DNA of 64,000 nt from Leucoraja ocellata (lineage: Eukaryota). The stretch is from NCBI GenBank assembly GCA_036785375.1, contig JAWMAR010000531.1:744001-808000 (forward strand), read 5' to 3'. Numbering within the stretch: position 1 is the stretch's first letter; the number at the start of each line of letters is the position of its first letter. A program made the position numbers and the translations under genes. Under the pieces are notes generated by a model. That model worked only from the letters and a program-made list of their open reading frames with translations. It was not told where the DNA came from and ran no database searches. Below are positions 35,920 through 49,719 of the stretch, one piece after another.

Positions 35920-36690
35920 AGTCATAGTTATACAGCAGGCAAATAGGTCCTTCAGGCCAACTTGTACATTACAACCAAGTTGCCTATTTGTGTTTGGCCC
36001 AAATCGCTCTAAACCTTTCCTATCCATGTACATGTCCAATATCTTTTTAACATTGTAATTGCACCTGATCCAACCACTTCAACTCGACAACGTGCCTTAT
36101 ACCCACCACCTCCCTATGTGAAAATGTTGCCCCATAAGTCTCGTAGAAATCTTTCCCCACTTTCCCTAAACCTAAGTTCTCTAGTTTTAGACTCCCCTAC
36201 CCTGAGAAAAGATTGATTATTCATCTTATTAGTGCTCCTCATAATTTCATAAATCTCCATAAGGCTACCCCTCATCCTCCAATGCGCAAGAGAAAAAAGG
36301 CCCTAGCCAGTTCAGTTTATCCTTATAACTCAAGCCCTCCAGCCCTGGTCATATCAATGTGAATCTTCTCTGCATACTTTCCAGCTTAATGCCATTCTTC
36401 CTATAGCAGTATGACCAGAACTGCATACAATATTTCAAGTATGGCTTTACCAATATAATTTGACATCCTGACCGTTGCACTCAATGCCCTGACTAAGGAA
36501 AGGCAAGCATGCAAATGCTTTTTTTCAGTACCCTGTCTACTGTGTTGCTACTTTCAGGGAACTTTGTACTTGTAATCCTATGTCTCCCTGTTCTACAACA
36601 CTCTCCAGTGCCGTGCCATATACTGTGTAAGTTCTCCCCTGGTTTAACTTGCCAAAATGCAACACTTCCCACTTGTCTGAGTTATATACC
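35920..36690 (-). mobile_element. CR1 LINE 3' fragment
   Basis: Minus-strand DMYMDRKGLE peptide and CCAGAACTGCATACAATATTTCAAG. Confidence 0.7.
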
Positions 36691-36949
36691 TCAAACATCC
36701 AATTGTACAAAGCACGGGTTGTATCAATACTAGAAACGTGATAACCCCTTGATTAACAAGGCTTATTGTGTGATTAAGTTAATTAATGAAGTTGGATTGT
36801 GTGTTGCTTTTCTCAGTTGGAAAGACGTTAAAAGAGTGTTTATTCCAATGGATATACACATATCAGTTGTGCTGTTGCAAGTAAGAATTTCATTGTTCCG
36901 TTACAGAACAGATGACAATAAAACACTCTTGACTCTTATTTTCTGTCAG

Positions 36950-37123
36950 GTTGTTACTGCCATGGGTCGTACCTGGCACCCCGAGCACTTTGTGTGTACC
37001 CATTGTCAAGAAGAGATTGGCTCTCGGAATTTCTTTGAGCGAGATGGACAGCCATACTGTGAGAAGGACTATCACAATCTATTCTCACCCCGTTGTTACT
37101 ATTGTAATGGACCCATTTTGGAT
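36950..37123 (+). CDS. PXN: Paxillin LIM1/LIM2 exon
   Basis: [58 protein letters not shown]; canonical AG/GT sites. Confidence 0.98.
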
Positions 37124-37207
37124 GTGAGTATCTCTGATGTCCACAGTGTTGGATAAAATCAGGTTACTAATTATGTAAATGATAAGAATAAACAAAGCTT
37201 GTATATA

Positions 37208-38065
37208 CAGTAAAACCTCACTCTAACGGGCCATTGGGGGGGGGGGGGGGGATCCATGATTGCTGATTTTTGTCCGTTATAACCGAGTAAGGTATATAAA
37301 CAAACTACTACAGATGGTGGTTAATACACAAAAGGACACAAAAAGCTGGAGTAACTCAGCAGGTCAGGTTGCATTGTTGGAGAACGTGGATAGGTGACTT
37401 CGGGACCATTCTTCAGACTGATTCAGTTTGCTTAGTTACTTCAGCATATTGTGTTGTTTCACCTTGAAACTAGGCGCCGATGTTGCTGGTCTGCACCAGC
37501 AAGCCGTTTATGATGACTTGCAGCAGGTTCGGGTGAGAGGGCTGTTGGATCCTGGGTGTACCCCTGGGTCAGCAGCGCTTTCTTCAGGCTGTTGCCAATA
37601 AGACGTGTTTGATCACTCTGAGACTCCCTACCCTCTCACCTGCTGTTGCTTCCAAGGTGGAGTATGTTGGCAGCTCCTGGGGAGGAGGTGGCGGTGGAGG
37701 TGGGTGGAGGGGGGGGGGGGGAGAAGCCCAGTGGACAGAGCAACGGGAGAAAGAAGAGACAGTGATGGTCGAGTGGGGAGCGGAAGCAGCAGCAGGCGAG
37801 AGGGGAGAGAGGTCCACAGTGACCGAGCACGTCATGTCAGTGGCGACGGCCTGAAGAAACCGCTGTCCCCAGGGGCTACATGAGCCGCAACACCAACCGT
37901 GTCACCGAACCGTACGATGGGTCAAGAAGGGTTCGCTGGTGCACCTTGCAAATCGAGAGTGGCATCGGAAGCAGGGGCTCTAAATGGCCGGGGATGGATC
38001 ATCAGGTCAAATCCGTTACAACCAAAATCCATTATAAAGGGGTCCGTTAAAACGGGGGTTTACTG
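37208..38065. mobile_element. Non-autonomous Tc1/mariner (pogo/Tigger-like) element with nested Penelope fragment and internal inverted repeats
   Basis: TA|CAGTAAAACCTCACTCTAACGG...CCGTTAAAACGGGGGTTTACTG|TA. Confidence 0.75.
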
Positions 38066-38312
38066 TACAATAAAGCTTTGTACGTCCTGGAAATATTTCT
38101 TTCTAAGATTATTTCTTTACTGATGTAAATAGGGTAAATTAAGAATTGAAGATACTGGGAATGAGATTTTAAGATTTGTTGAAGACAAATATTGTGGAAT
38201 TATGTTTGGGCTACCTAGATACAGCATTGATAGTATTGTGTCCCTGGTCAACTCTGAACTGCAGTGCTTCATTTTTCACTAATGGTTTCTTTATTTTTGC
38301 CTTTTCTTGCAG

Positions 38313-38394
38313 AAAGTGGTGACTGCACTGGATCGAACATGGCATCCGGAACACTTCTTCTGTGCTCAGTGTGGTGCTTTCTTTGGGCCAGATG
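38313..38394 (+). CDS. PXN: Paxillin LIM2 exon
   Basis: [27 protein letters not shown]; TTGCAG acceptor and G|GTATGA donor. Confidence 0.98.
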
Positions 38395-40224
38395 GTATGA
38401 TACTCTCTCTGTTGTGTGATGTTTTATATAGTTGGGCCATTCCAGATTTTATGTTTTTGAGTTGTTCAATAAAAGTACTACTTAGCAATGTATTCCAGAT
38501 TCCAGTGTTGACTTATCCTTGTTATGGCCAAGCCAGGCAGCATGTAATGCATTTAATACAATAGAAATAGTTAAAGAGGGTTGCACTAAGAATACCATTA
38601 AGTCATTGCAGTGTTGTTTGGCCATCTTGATTAGTCAATTTTCAGCATTTTTACGTTCTGTGTGACTGGAACAAAAACAAAATTGGTACTGCTCATATAC
38701 TATGAAACATATATTGAACTTGTATGTGGGCCATGCACAATATAGTTATTTGTTCATTACGGCCAAGTATTTCAATCACTTTATTATATTATCTCCTTAT
38801 TTTCTGTTCCGTGTTGTGATATTTAATCTTGCGTGTTATGAGTCCTAAGTAGATTTAGCTGAATAGAATCATTACCCACTATGTCAGTTTAAATTCTTGA
38901 TTTTCATTGAGATTGACGTTATTCAAGCACATCAACAGGTAAGAGTTGCTGAATAAAGCATGAAGTGTAGTTTCAGCAAGTGAGCATTTGTACCTTTATG
39001 TATAACTTTTGTTTGTTCTCATTCTAGGTCAGTTATTTTTAATGTAAAAAAAAAACTTTCTAAGTCATCAAAATCTCAAATATGCTTAGTGTAAATTGGA
39101 GACAAGGTCAGGATGCTGTGTGCAGAAGATGTTGCCACTGCAGGCTCAATATACACAATAAAGTAAATCAAGCCGAGAAAAAGGTCATTTGTCCATTACT
39201 ACATATGCCAACTACCTCAATCACTAAAGACAATCTTGACAGGGAAATTATGACAATTGCTCTGAAACTTTCAATCCATTTCTTAGACGCACTCGATTAA
39301 AATGCATGGGTCATTGGGTGACTATAATAACATTGTTGGCCTGTTTAATAAATATTACTTTATGACTTCCCTTCCTTACTGTAATCTCAAGCCAAAGATT
39401 TTGAGTGATCTTTTTATTCTCTACCTCAACGCTGCTATATTTTTATTCATTGTAGAAATTAAGATAATTTTTAAACAGCTTGTGCTTAACAATTCCTTAG
39501 CACGTGTGGAATAAGAGAATCCAGAATGTCTATTTTTTTCCATGAACGTGAAGTATGTTTTTTTTGTTTTCACAACATGGTTGGAGATTTTCCTCATTAT
39601 TTTCACTTCACAATATTGCTGCTAATAAAGTACCAAAGGAATTTATTCATTTTACTTGATCTAATCTAACTGATGCAACATTTTCGCAAGTGACATTTAA
39701 TGAAGATATAATTGTTTCTTCCTTAATAAAATCGTCCCAGAATTAGCTCGTCACAGTTTACACTGTACTGTAGCAACTTTCTCTTGCTCTTAAGCATCAC
39801 TTGAGTCCTTTGGAAATAAACGTAACAACCACAATACCTATCCTAATGAAGATCATTCTGTACATTGGTTGAAGCTGCACCATTAATATTGTATTAATGA
39901 TGAGCGTGAACCTTGGCATCCGATGACTGCACTGTCCACTGTCACTCTAGTTGTTATTAACTAAAATTATATATCTTCTGTAGTTGCAGTAATTTTGCAT
40001 CATATTTGCACAACTCTGCACATAACAATGGCAGCTTATAACACTGGCATGTTCTGTAAGTCCCAGCCCACAATAATATTTTTTATCATCGTTCTTAGTT
40101 TTATTTTCAACGTGGTGTATGTTGGCGTGTCTTCAGGAATAATGATAATTTCACCAAATGTTTTGCTAGGTTATGGTAAGTTAGGCTGATGTGGACACAC
40201 TACAGTAACATACTTCTTTTGCAG

Positions 40225-40373
40225 GATTCCATGAAAAAGACGGGAAAGCTTACTGTCGCAAAGATTACTTTGACATGTTCGCTCCAAAGTGCGGTGGCTG
40301 TGCGCGGGCGATTCTAGAAAACTATATCTCAGCCCTCAATTCACTGTGGCACCCAGAGTGCTTTGTGTGCCGG
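40225..40373 (+). CDS. PXN: Paxillin LIM2/LIM3 exon
   Basis: [49 protein letters not shown]; CGG|GTAAGA donor. Confidence 0.98.
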
Positions 40374-40829
40374 GTAAGAGAAGCAATTAATCTGTGTTTG
40401 CTTCAGAAATTGTTGTTAAACATTAAAGTAATTAAGTCCTTAATGTTATATGTTAATAAATATGTTAGATTTTCAATGAAATAGAGCATCATGTTGTGTT
40501 AGAACCAAGATTAAGTATTTAATAGGATAGCAGGAATGATGATGCATTCTGTTGAAGTGTGGAGGTTTATTGAATCTGCAGAGTAGTTTAAATCCACGAC
40601 AGCACTTGACATCAAAGCTGGTACAACTTTGGGTAGCAACAAAAACTCATCATCAGGTGAATTCTAAAGCTGCATAGCTAGACATGGAATATTAAATTCA
40701 TCACTTTCTCGTGTGTGCCAGCACAATCTTTGGAATTATCTCGGGAAAACATTACAGCAGGTCAGAAAGGTGACTCCTCAGTCCCGCCAATTGTTGCACG
40801 ATTGAATTCACAAACATTGATCTGCCAAC

Positions 40830-41052
40830 CAGAGATAGATAGTGCTGGAGTAACTCAACGGGACAAGCAGCATCTCTGGAGGAAAAGGATAGGTGACATT
40901 TTGGGTTGTGCCTTTCTTAAGACTGAAAGCAGGGGACCCGAAACGTCACCTATCCTTTTCCTTCAGAAATACTGCCTGACCCACTGAGTTGCTCAGGCAC
41001 TTTGTGTCTATCATTGGTTTAAACCAGCATCTGCAGTTCTTTGTTACTATGG
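40830..41052. repeat. Inverted pair of Penelope 3' ends with 9-bp flanking direct repeat
   Basis: TCTGCCAAC at 40821-40829 and 41053-41061; the arms are reverse complements of the pLTR. Confidence 0.7.
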
Positions 41053-41394
41053 TCTGCCAACAAAGCTTGCTAATCTCAAGGGGCAAGTAAAGGGGAACCT
41101 GGATTACAATGATGCCAAAACTGCTTTGTTACTATGCCTTGACTACTGATGACCTATGTGCCCACTTTTGTACATATCTTAACAGCTGGAACCAAACAAA
41201 TCAACATGATAAACATGTGTATGATCAATCAAGAGCAAAGATAGATTACAATGTACTCTTAGTCATCCAGTATCCATGGGAAATGGAAACTACCTGTTAC
41301 ATGAATATTCTTGTTCCATGAGACTTGCCAAATAAAAACACTGGTATTCTCTATGGGAAAATTTAAATAAATCGCAGAACCAAATGTCATCTCC

Positions 41395-41712
41395 TTAGTT
41401 CAAGTTCAAGTGAGTTTATTGTCATTTGTCCCTGATACGACAATGAAATTCTTGCTTTGCTTCAGCACAGAACATAGTAGGCATTTGCTACAAAACATAT
41501 CCATATACGTGTCCATATATCATAATATAAATATATACACACATGAATAAATAAAATGATAAAGAGCAAATAACAGATAATTGGTTATTAATAATCAAAG
41601 TTTTGTCCGAGCCAGGTTTAATAGCCTGATGGCTGTGGGGAAGTAGCTATTCCTGAACCTGGTTGTTGCAGTCTTCAGGCTCCTGTACCTTCTACCTGAA
41701 GGTAGCAGGGAA
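41395..41712 (-). mobile_element. Rex1/Babar-like LINE 3' end
   Basis: Minus strand LLPSGRRYRSLKTATTRFRNSYFPTAIRLLN and a (CTTGAA)n tail. Confidence 0.75.
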
Positions 41713-43907
41713 ATTAGTTATTATAAATAACAATATTACTCCGTAAAATTGTAGGAATGCAGAACTCTTCTGAGAGAAGAGGGACAGTTCTAGCTCTTGC
41801 GAGCAACTCCTATTCTCATGAGATGGAGCATCAGCTAGGCTGTGAAAACTCAAAGCATCTTTCACCATTACACCAGAGCTGTAATGATTGTTGACTTAAC
41901 TGTTGTGGCAGAGTTTAGAGCTTCCACTGCTGTGCATATATTGGGTGGCTTGAGCCTGTACTGCAACGGAGGGTACAATCTCTGCTGCTGGGTGCTGCGT
42001 CATTAATTGTGTGAGCATTGCAATGGAACGGATCACCACTTGCATGCTGGAAAGAACAGGCTCCAGATCTTGCACAAAGCAGTGAGCACGGTTGGAAATT
42101 CATTTTGCAGTTATAGAATATTTAACATCAAAAGCTCAAGATCACATGCTCCTAGATATCATGGGCAGGTGTTCAAACAGGTTAGGTCTTTCCCCCAGAA
42201 TATGCACATGCATATTCATCAGCCTTAATCTGCATGCTATCCTATTATTGTTCTCATCTGACTCCTGCAAAACAGAACCGGTATATAAGATACCCTCACA
42301 TCTGTTAATTTTTCCCTGCCCTGGCTAAAGATTACTTATCCCTGGTGTCTCACTGGACAAATAAGCCTGTACCATCTACGATGTAGCAGGATCTGAGCTA
42401 ATGTGACAATCCCCTCAGCTGATAGGGCAGGAATAATAACAATAATAACAAAATCTGTTTTGTTCCACCTCCACTATGTTGTCACAGCTTCATTCCACAC
42501 GCTGTCCTGGTCACCACTTCTGGCTCTGCCATAAATTCACTGTTTATGCCATTAGATATTTATTTTGTGCATGTTGGGACTAGCCTGGAAATGCTCAGCC
42601 TTGTCCCCTAACCTCTTTATTGGCTCACCAGGAAAATTGTCATCTACATGAAAATCATACTGAGCAGGCAATTTTCCTTTGATTATGGGACTGTTGATGA
42701 GCCTGCCTTATACCTTTGCACACTTAACCTCGCTATATCTTTAATAATTTGCACCTCATTTCACTTACTCACCCACATGTTGATGACCTATGTTATTCCT
42801 GAATTGGTTACAATTCATTTTAATATCTGTTGTTCAAATCCTTTGGCTACACCTCCACCTGCGAATCTCTATACCTCAAGTTTTATCTATTTCATTGCTC
42901 TATCATTATTGCTTATGACCTGTCTTGGTCCTAAGCTTTGAAAACTCTCCGCAGCTTCAACTTTGTTTTATTTCTGATCTTCCCCAACATAACAGTCACA
43001 AAACCAGAATTGATATTATGCCCTTACTACTAGAAATAGAACTAGAATTAGTACTTGTAATCAGAAACAGACACAGTTTGTCACAATACAGTACAACAAA
43101 AGAGTACAACAAAAGGAGACTGCAGCTCATAAATAGTCCGGTCCTTTTAGAAAAGTATTTTATAGAATATTGTTCCCAAGCTGACTACCCAATTTTCAAT
43201 TTTTTTGTGCAATGTGACTAAGTCGTGAGCTGTTTTAATTGTGATTTTATTCTGCGCGATGGGTTTTCATCACATTTTGTGTACCTGCAAAATATTGTTT
43301 TCCTTGTGTATTAATATGAGCAATATTTAACACCAGTGATTCTCGTCATTTTTTTTTAATCCAACCTCAGATATCTACATAACCTTTGATTTTTACGGGT
43401 AAACTAAATGGGAGGGGGAAAAAATAACTTGGGTTGTGATTTCTGACAACTCAACTTAAATAAAAATTGTGGACGTCTGATGTTCAAGTTGCATAAGAGA
43501 ATACCTTGCTACATAATATCTTGTAGAAATATTTTAAGAAGAGACATCCATAGCAGTATTAATCTGTTCATGGAATTGTGGTGTCAATTTATATTCTAAG
43601 CATTTTGAAATGACACAGATGTTGAACTGAAATAAAAACATTTGCAGCGTTTATTTCTGACACTGACTGAAAAAAGTGAAACTCCTCGAGACATGATTTT
43701 AAGATTTGTAAGATTTCCCTCCACCTAACATCAGGAGATCAATTGTTAGACAATTTCAGATCAGTTCATACATAATCATATCCTAACCCTCAATATTGCC
43801 ATGTGTATACTTTGTACTTGACATTGCTGATGAACTGAGGATATGCATATCTGAAATTTATTTATAAATCCTTCTTAGTAAAGTCTATTTTTCTGTTTCA
43901 TTTACAG

Positions 43908-44174
43908 GAATGCTTCACCCCATTCATAAATGGCAGCTTTTTTGAACATGAGGGTCAGCCGTATTGCGAGATGCATTACCATGAGCGTCGCAACTCACTG
44001 TGCTCTGGATGTCAGAAGCCTATCACAGGCCGCTGTATCACTGCTATGGGAAAGAAGTTCCACCCAGAGCATTTTGTCTGTGCCTTCTGCTTGAAACAGC
44101 TCAACAAGGGCACCTTCAAAGAGCAGAATGACAAGCCCTATTGTCACAACTGCTTTATCAAGCTCTTCTGTTAG
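43908..44174 (+). CDS. PXN: Paxillin last coding exon (LIM3/LIM4, stop TAG)
   Basis: [56 protein letters not shown]...CFIKLFC*. Confidence 0.98.
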   Translation, partial: ECFTPFINGSFFEHEGQPYCEMHYHERRNSLCSGCQKPITGRCITAMGKKFHPEHFVCAFCLKQLNKGTFKEQNDKPYCHNCFIKLFC

Positions 44175-45745
44175 ATTCATCCCACCAGCCACCCCTCCAG
44201 TTCAATCATTCCTCTACTTCCACAAATTCACATTCAGGCACATGATCCCAATGGAACAGAAATTATCCAGTTTTTAGGGGTAATACAGATCTTGGACTTA
44301 CATAACAAACAATTTATTTGTGTATCTCCTCTTACTTACAGTCACTGCGAAAAGAGAAATTCCTCTAGATGAGGTGTTGAAAGTGCCATATTTTCCTCAA
44401 TCCCAACCCCACAACCTCCAGGTGATTAACTTCATGCTAATAGCCATCTGTGGCAGGCTGGTTGAGGAGCTGTCAGATTCAATAACTTGAACCCAAATCA
44501 GCAGTGAAAAATCACCAGTGGTTTCTATCCAGCTCAGTTCTTGTTTCATTATATATTTTTTTAAACTGCAAAGACCATTTTAATATTGCAACCTCACAGA
44601 CACCAACCCCAAGAGTACATATATATTGAGGCTTTTTCCTTGTCGAAGAGGTAAACAAAACAATGAATATATAATTGCAGTTAAACAATTCCCTGAATGG
44701 CTTGGTAAAACTAACTTGGTAAAACTACAACAGAACAATCCTCTAAAGGAACACAGTCGAACTGACAATAAATCTACAGAGAACTAACTATATGAAACAT
44801 AGATGATGTTGCTGGAAAGCAAAAGTATTTTTTATGAGAAATGTCTCTGTTGCACACCAGTGTCTCCTTGATGTTAGTAAAGCCTTTGACTAACTGAAGC
44901 AATAATATTTCTTAGGAATGGTCACAATCGCACTTCCTGTTTGGTACACAGGGAAGTTTCCTTTGGTAGATTTGATAGAACTTTTACATGTCTGTAACCT
45001 TTTTATCCTCTACTTTCAGTTACCTGAAGAGTTCATAATTCTGAGCTTTCATGTCAGAATTATGTGATTTTAAAATCATGACAACCACTTTTTGTAAGCC
45101 ACACATCACATGTAGGTGATGCAAGTAATTTTTGTGCTTTCTTACAAAATTAATGACTAATTCTTACATGGAAATTTAAAGGACTGTTAGATGGGACACT
45201 GCCTGTTCACTTTTATAGCACAAGAACAGTTTTAATCTTTGGAGCACGTCCTAACCTAATGTCTGTGAACAGAACATTTTCAATTGTGAGCCTGCTGTAT
45301 TTTTATCAACTCTCTTGCCTAATTTGCCAATAATTTATCTTTATATGATATGTCTTAATTCCTGCTGTTGAGCTTTTGGGTCTTCCCACATAATGTGTTG
45401 CCATATTTTGTCTGTCATCCTAAGAGTAATTCAGTTTTTAGAAAAAACAGTGGTAACAGCTGAGGTCAGAAGCTTTTTAGTGCCATTTTAACTGGTCACA
45501 TTCTGATAAATTGAAACCTCACTAGTGTTTACAATGCATTGAATCCAGTCAGCCATTAAACCAAAGGGAATTCCTCAAGAATGAGATAAATTGTTTTAAG
45601 GAAATAGTCCTGATTCTTTCCTCTGATCAATAATAATCACTTGTGTTTGACTACATCTTTGTACATCTTTTAATCATGGCTTATACAATCTCATATATAA
45701 TCTCATGGGTTTTTGCTAATAAAAGTGCTTTTCATTTTATTTTAA
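44175..45745 (+). other. PXN: PXN 3'UTR with candidate poly(A) signals at 44767-44772 and 45718-45723
   Basis: AT-rich stretch after the stop with no recognisable repeats; the AATAAA at 45718 is followed by a T-rich downstream element. Confidence 0.65.
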
Positions 45746-45908
45746 GACTTCGGTTGGCTTTTTCTTTTGAAAGATCTAAATTAGCCATGTTTTTCCAAAT
45801 GTTATTTTGAAATTCTCCAGCTGGGTGCTAATGGATTATTTTCTTTTTTTTAACTGAGTGAACCAGATGAAGAAGATTTGGTTGTAATGTAAGCTATTAT
45901 CAAATTAT

Positions 45909-46219
45909 GGGCGGCGCAGTAGCGCAGCGGTAGAGTGGCTGCCTTACTGCGCCAAAGACCCGGGTTAGATCGTGAGTATGGGTATGGAGTTTGTAAGTTC
46001 TCCCCGTGACCTGTGTGGGTTTTCTCCTGGATCTCCGGTTTCTTCCCACACTCCAAAGACATACAGGTTTGTAGGTTAATGGGTGTGGTATAATTGTAAA
46101 TTGTCCCTAGTTTGTGGGGATTAATGTTAATGTGCGAGGAGCACTGATCAGCGCAGATTCGGTGAGCCGAAGAGCCTGCTTCCATGCTGTATCTCTGAAT
46201 TAAACTAAACTAAACTAAA
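45909..46219 (+). mobile_element. tRNA-derived V-SINE (HE1-like)
   Basis: Pol III A/B-box-like head, V-domain TCTCCCCGTGACCTGTGTGGGTTTTCTCC...CCCACACTCCAAAGAC, and (TAAAC)n tail. Confidence 0.85.
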
Positions 46220-47199
46220 TTTGAAGTCAGTGAAAATATGAGGTAAATCTCGAGGCCAAGCTTGAAAAAGAAAAAACTTAGCAGAGTAAAATAATTAATA
46301 ATGTACATCAATGGGAGACTATGCAATGAAGCCCGTTATCAACAAAGACATTTCAAATCCAGAAACAACTATTTTAATCTAAAAGATGGCTTTAGAACAT
46401 GCTACTAAATGGAATATACACATTTTATCATAGATCATTTAAAATAAAGTAGGTAGGTACATGAGGGAGAAAGGAGCTAAATGATTGAAACAATATGCAA
46501 ATCGGATTTGATGAAATCATATGAGAGGCAGTTCATGTAGCCATCAATGTTATACAGAATATAAAGACTACATTTAATTTCGTATTACGGGCCTTAAAAG
46601 AATAACTGAGGATCAACTGTTCATCAACCGCAGCATAATTTGGAATCAATTGTAATAAAGAGTAGGGAAGGATGGAAGGGGTATATAGGTCAACAATCAA
46701 TCCACTTGCATTTTCTCATATCTTCGCCCATGAATGCAAATTGGTGCAAGACAGCCCCGCAGCGAAGAGCAGTGATCTGTTACTCACTTGGAAATACTAG
46801 AATGCTGAGGTATGTCGAGACGAAAGGAATGTTTGCCATTTAAAAGTGGACCAAGCTATTCGAAGACATCTGTGGAATGCCCATTGCTGTAAGTGAAGTG
46901 TCTCAAAACATTTTACACCTGGGAATGGAATCAAGTTAGAAAATGAATAAGTGTGAGAAGGTTATATTCATGGTTATCAAAATAAGTTTGCAAAATAGAA
47001 ACTAAAGTGACTGGGCAGAGACAATGAGATCCTGGTACTTCTTTCCAACGAGTGCAGTGGGATCACTTTCACCAGAAGAACTGCAATAGTTCCTGAGTAA
47101 TTGTAAATGGGCAATAAATGCTGGTGTTGCCAGCAATGCCTAAAAAAAGATGAATAAAGAAAAGAAGAATTGCAGAGTATTGGAACATAGTGAAAGAAC

Positions 47200-48360
47200 C
47201 AGTGCATAGATTGATACAACGTGAAAACAGGACCTTTGGCCCACACCATCCAACATGTCCCAGTTACACTAGTCCCACCTGCCTGCACTTGGCCCATATC
47301 CCTCCTAGCCTGTCCTATCCATGAACCTGTCACACTGTTTCTTAAACGGGATAGTCCCCACCTCAACTACCTCCTCTGGTAGCTTGTTCCATATGCCCAC
47401 CACCCTTTGTGTGAAAAAGTTACCTCTCAGATTCCTATTAAATCTTTTCCCCTTCACCTTGAACTTATGTCCTCTGGTCCATGATTCCCCTATTCTGGGC
47501 AAAAGATTCTGTGCATCCACCTGATCTATTCCTCTCATGATTTTATACACCTCTCTAAGAATCACTTCTCATCCTCCTTTGGACTCCTGTGGAGTCTTTG
47601 GAAAGGGTATAGAGGAGGTTTGCCAGAATGATGCCTGGAATAGCTACAGGGAAAGGTTGGAGACTTGAATTGGCTTCTGGAACACGAGAGGTTGCGGGGA
47701 GACCTGATAAAAGTGTATACAAATTATGTAAGAGTAGACAGTCAGAACCTTTTTCCCAGGATGGAAAAAATCAAATACTAGATGTCGTAGCTTTAAAGTG
47801 AGAGGGGCGAAGTGTAAGGGAGATGTGCGGGGAAGTTTTTACACAGACAATGGTGAGTGCCTGGAACGCACTGCCAGGGATGGTGGTTGAGTCTGAAACG
47901 ATAGTGGCATATAAGATATTTTTTAATAGGTATATGGATTTGGAGGGATTAAGTGAAGACAAGTAGGTGTTGGTCTTGGTATTATGTTTGGTATGGATAT
48001 TGTGGGCTGAAATGCCTGTTCTTGTACTGTACTGTTTTGTGACCCAGATGGGGTAAATAAAGAATCTATTTCACGTGTTGAAGAAGTCACTAACTATAGA
48101 AGCAGAAGTTGAATTGGTAGAAGGATTAGAGGGGAGTTGAGGGGGGAAAATAAAGTATTCAGCGAATGGTGGGTGCCTTCGAATTAATTCCTCGAACATT
48201 TAGCAGAGGCAGAAATCCTCAACAGATTTACAAAAGAACCAGGATGAGCACTTAACAAGATGCAGGCTACTGGGTTTGCATCAAGGCAGAGTAGCGGTAG
48301 GAACCTAAAAGTATAAATACTATGGACTCAGTAGTATAAATGGTAGTTTCCTGTGCTGTA
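47200..48360. mobile_element. Adjacent CR1 3' fragments (47200-47580 on -, 47590-48040 and 48045-48360 on +)
   Basis: EVYKIMRGIDQVDAQNLLPRIGESWTRGHKFKVKGKRFNRNLRGNFFTQRVV on -, and equivalent motifs on +. Confidence 0.8.
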
Positions 48361-48430
48361 ACTGACAGAATTCCATATCAAAGGTAAGAAATTATCACTT
48401 ATTAATTACAGCATTCCCAATGATTAAAAA

Positions 48431-49145
48431 TGAGTATTTTCCAATTTGTAGCACCCTGCACTTAATGGCATTGAAATGTATCTCGCCTGCTTTTGCAGTT
48501 CTTGAGTGGCTGATTATTTTACCACTACCAACGAAATGACTAGACTGTAACTGCACCAGAAACGTCTACAGATTTTTTTTGAACATTTTAGTGCCAAAGA
48601 AGACTATAACAGAAAATCAGGAGGGCATTATAATTTTTCACTGTTGGTTTTAATTGCGGAAGCTTTCAATAAAGAAAACCAACATTTCTGGCATCCCATC
48701 AAAAGGAATGAAAATCAAGAAATCGTGATTCATTCATTGGATGATACAGAATTTGAATTAAGTCCATGGACATCAGTCGAATCATCAACAAAGTATTGAT
48801 GGGGTTGAATTATGATAGAGCAAGCCATTAATCTGGAGATTAATGAAGGGTTGGGTAAAGGCATTTGCCTTTTGGAATTGCTGTGTATGTTACCAATCCC
48901 ACATCCCTAGTTTGGCACCTCCCAATTATTAATTGAGTATTTTCCAATTTGTACCACGCTGCACTTATTGGTATTGAAATGTATCTTACCTGCTTTTATA
49001 GTTCTTGAGTAACTGATTATTTTACCACCATCTACAAAATGACGAGACATTTCTAGATTAAGTGCACCAGGAATTTCTACAGATTTTTTTTATTTTAGTG
49101 CCGAAGAAAGATGTAACAGAAAATCAGGAGAGCACCATAATTTTT
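48431..49145. repeat. Local direct duplication of ~210 bp (48431-48638 and 48934-49145)
   Basis: Both copies run from TGAGTATTTTCCAATTTGTA to AACAGAAAATCAGGAG...ATAATTTTT, with scattered differences. Confidence 0.85.
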
Positions 49146-49719
49146 CTACCCATAGTGCTCACAATGCTTTGCAATTAGTGATGTTTGCCAGTGCTGTGAA
49201 CAAATCTGAGGATAATTAGATTAGATAGTTTGTTTTGACAGTCTCTTGTTGTATAAATAATTTCAAACATATGCTCATATCCTGGTATCGTGATACTCTG
49301 CATCAGAATGGTTGGAACTGTGAAGATACGTAATATTTTCAGCAATTTGCAATAAAATGTTTCTCCAATATTTGAAAATCAATTTGAATATACAAAAAAG
49401 TAACACATGAATATCAGCAACACCATGGCAAATCGGATCCAATATATGTGATTGACCTCGTATGCTTTTTGGAAAGCTGATATGAATTTGATATTTATGG
49501 AATTTTTTATAGAAATGTAATACTCTTTGTAATTATAACATTTTAATAACAATATTGTTTAAATTACTTGCTCAGATGATTTCCAAATGGCAATCTCAGG
49601 AGTGTGTTTTAAAGAACAATTGATTTTTGGGACAAGGAAGGTATGTATATTGAGCAGGCAAATGCATTTCAGATTATTTTATGACAATTGTAGGCAGGAC
49701 AAATACATTTTTTGCAAAC

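Noticed and set aside
45909-45975. tRNA gene
   Set aside because: It is the tRNA-derived head of a V-SINE and runs into the V-domain and tail.
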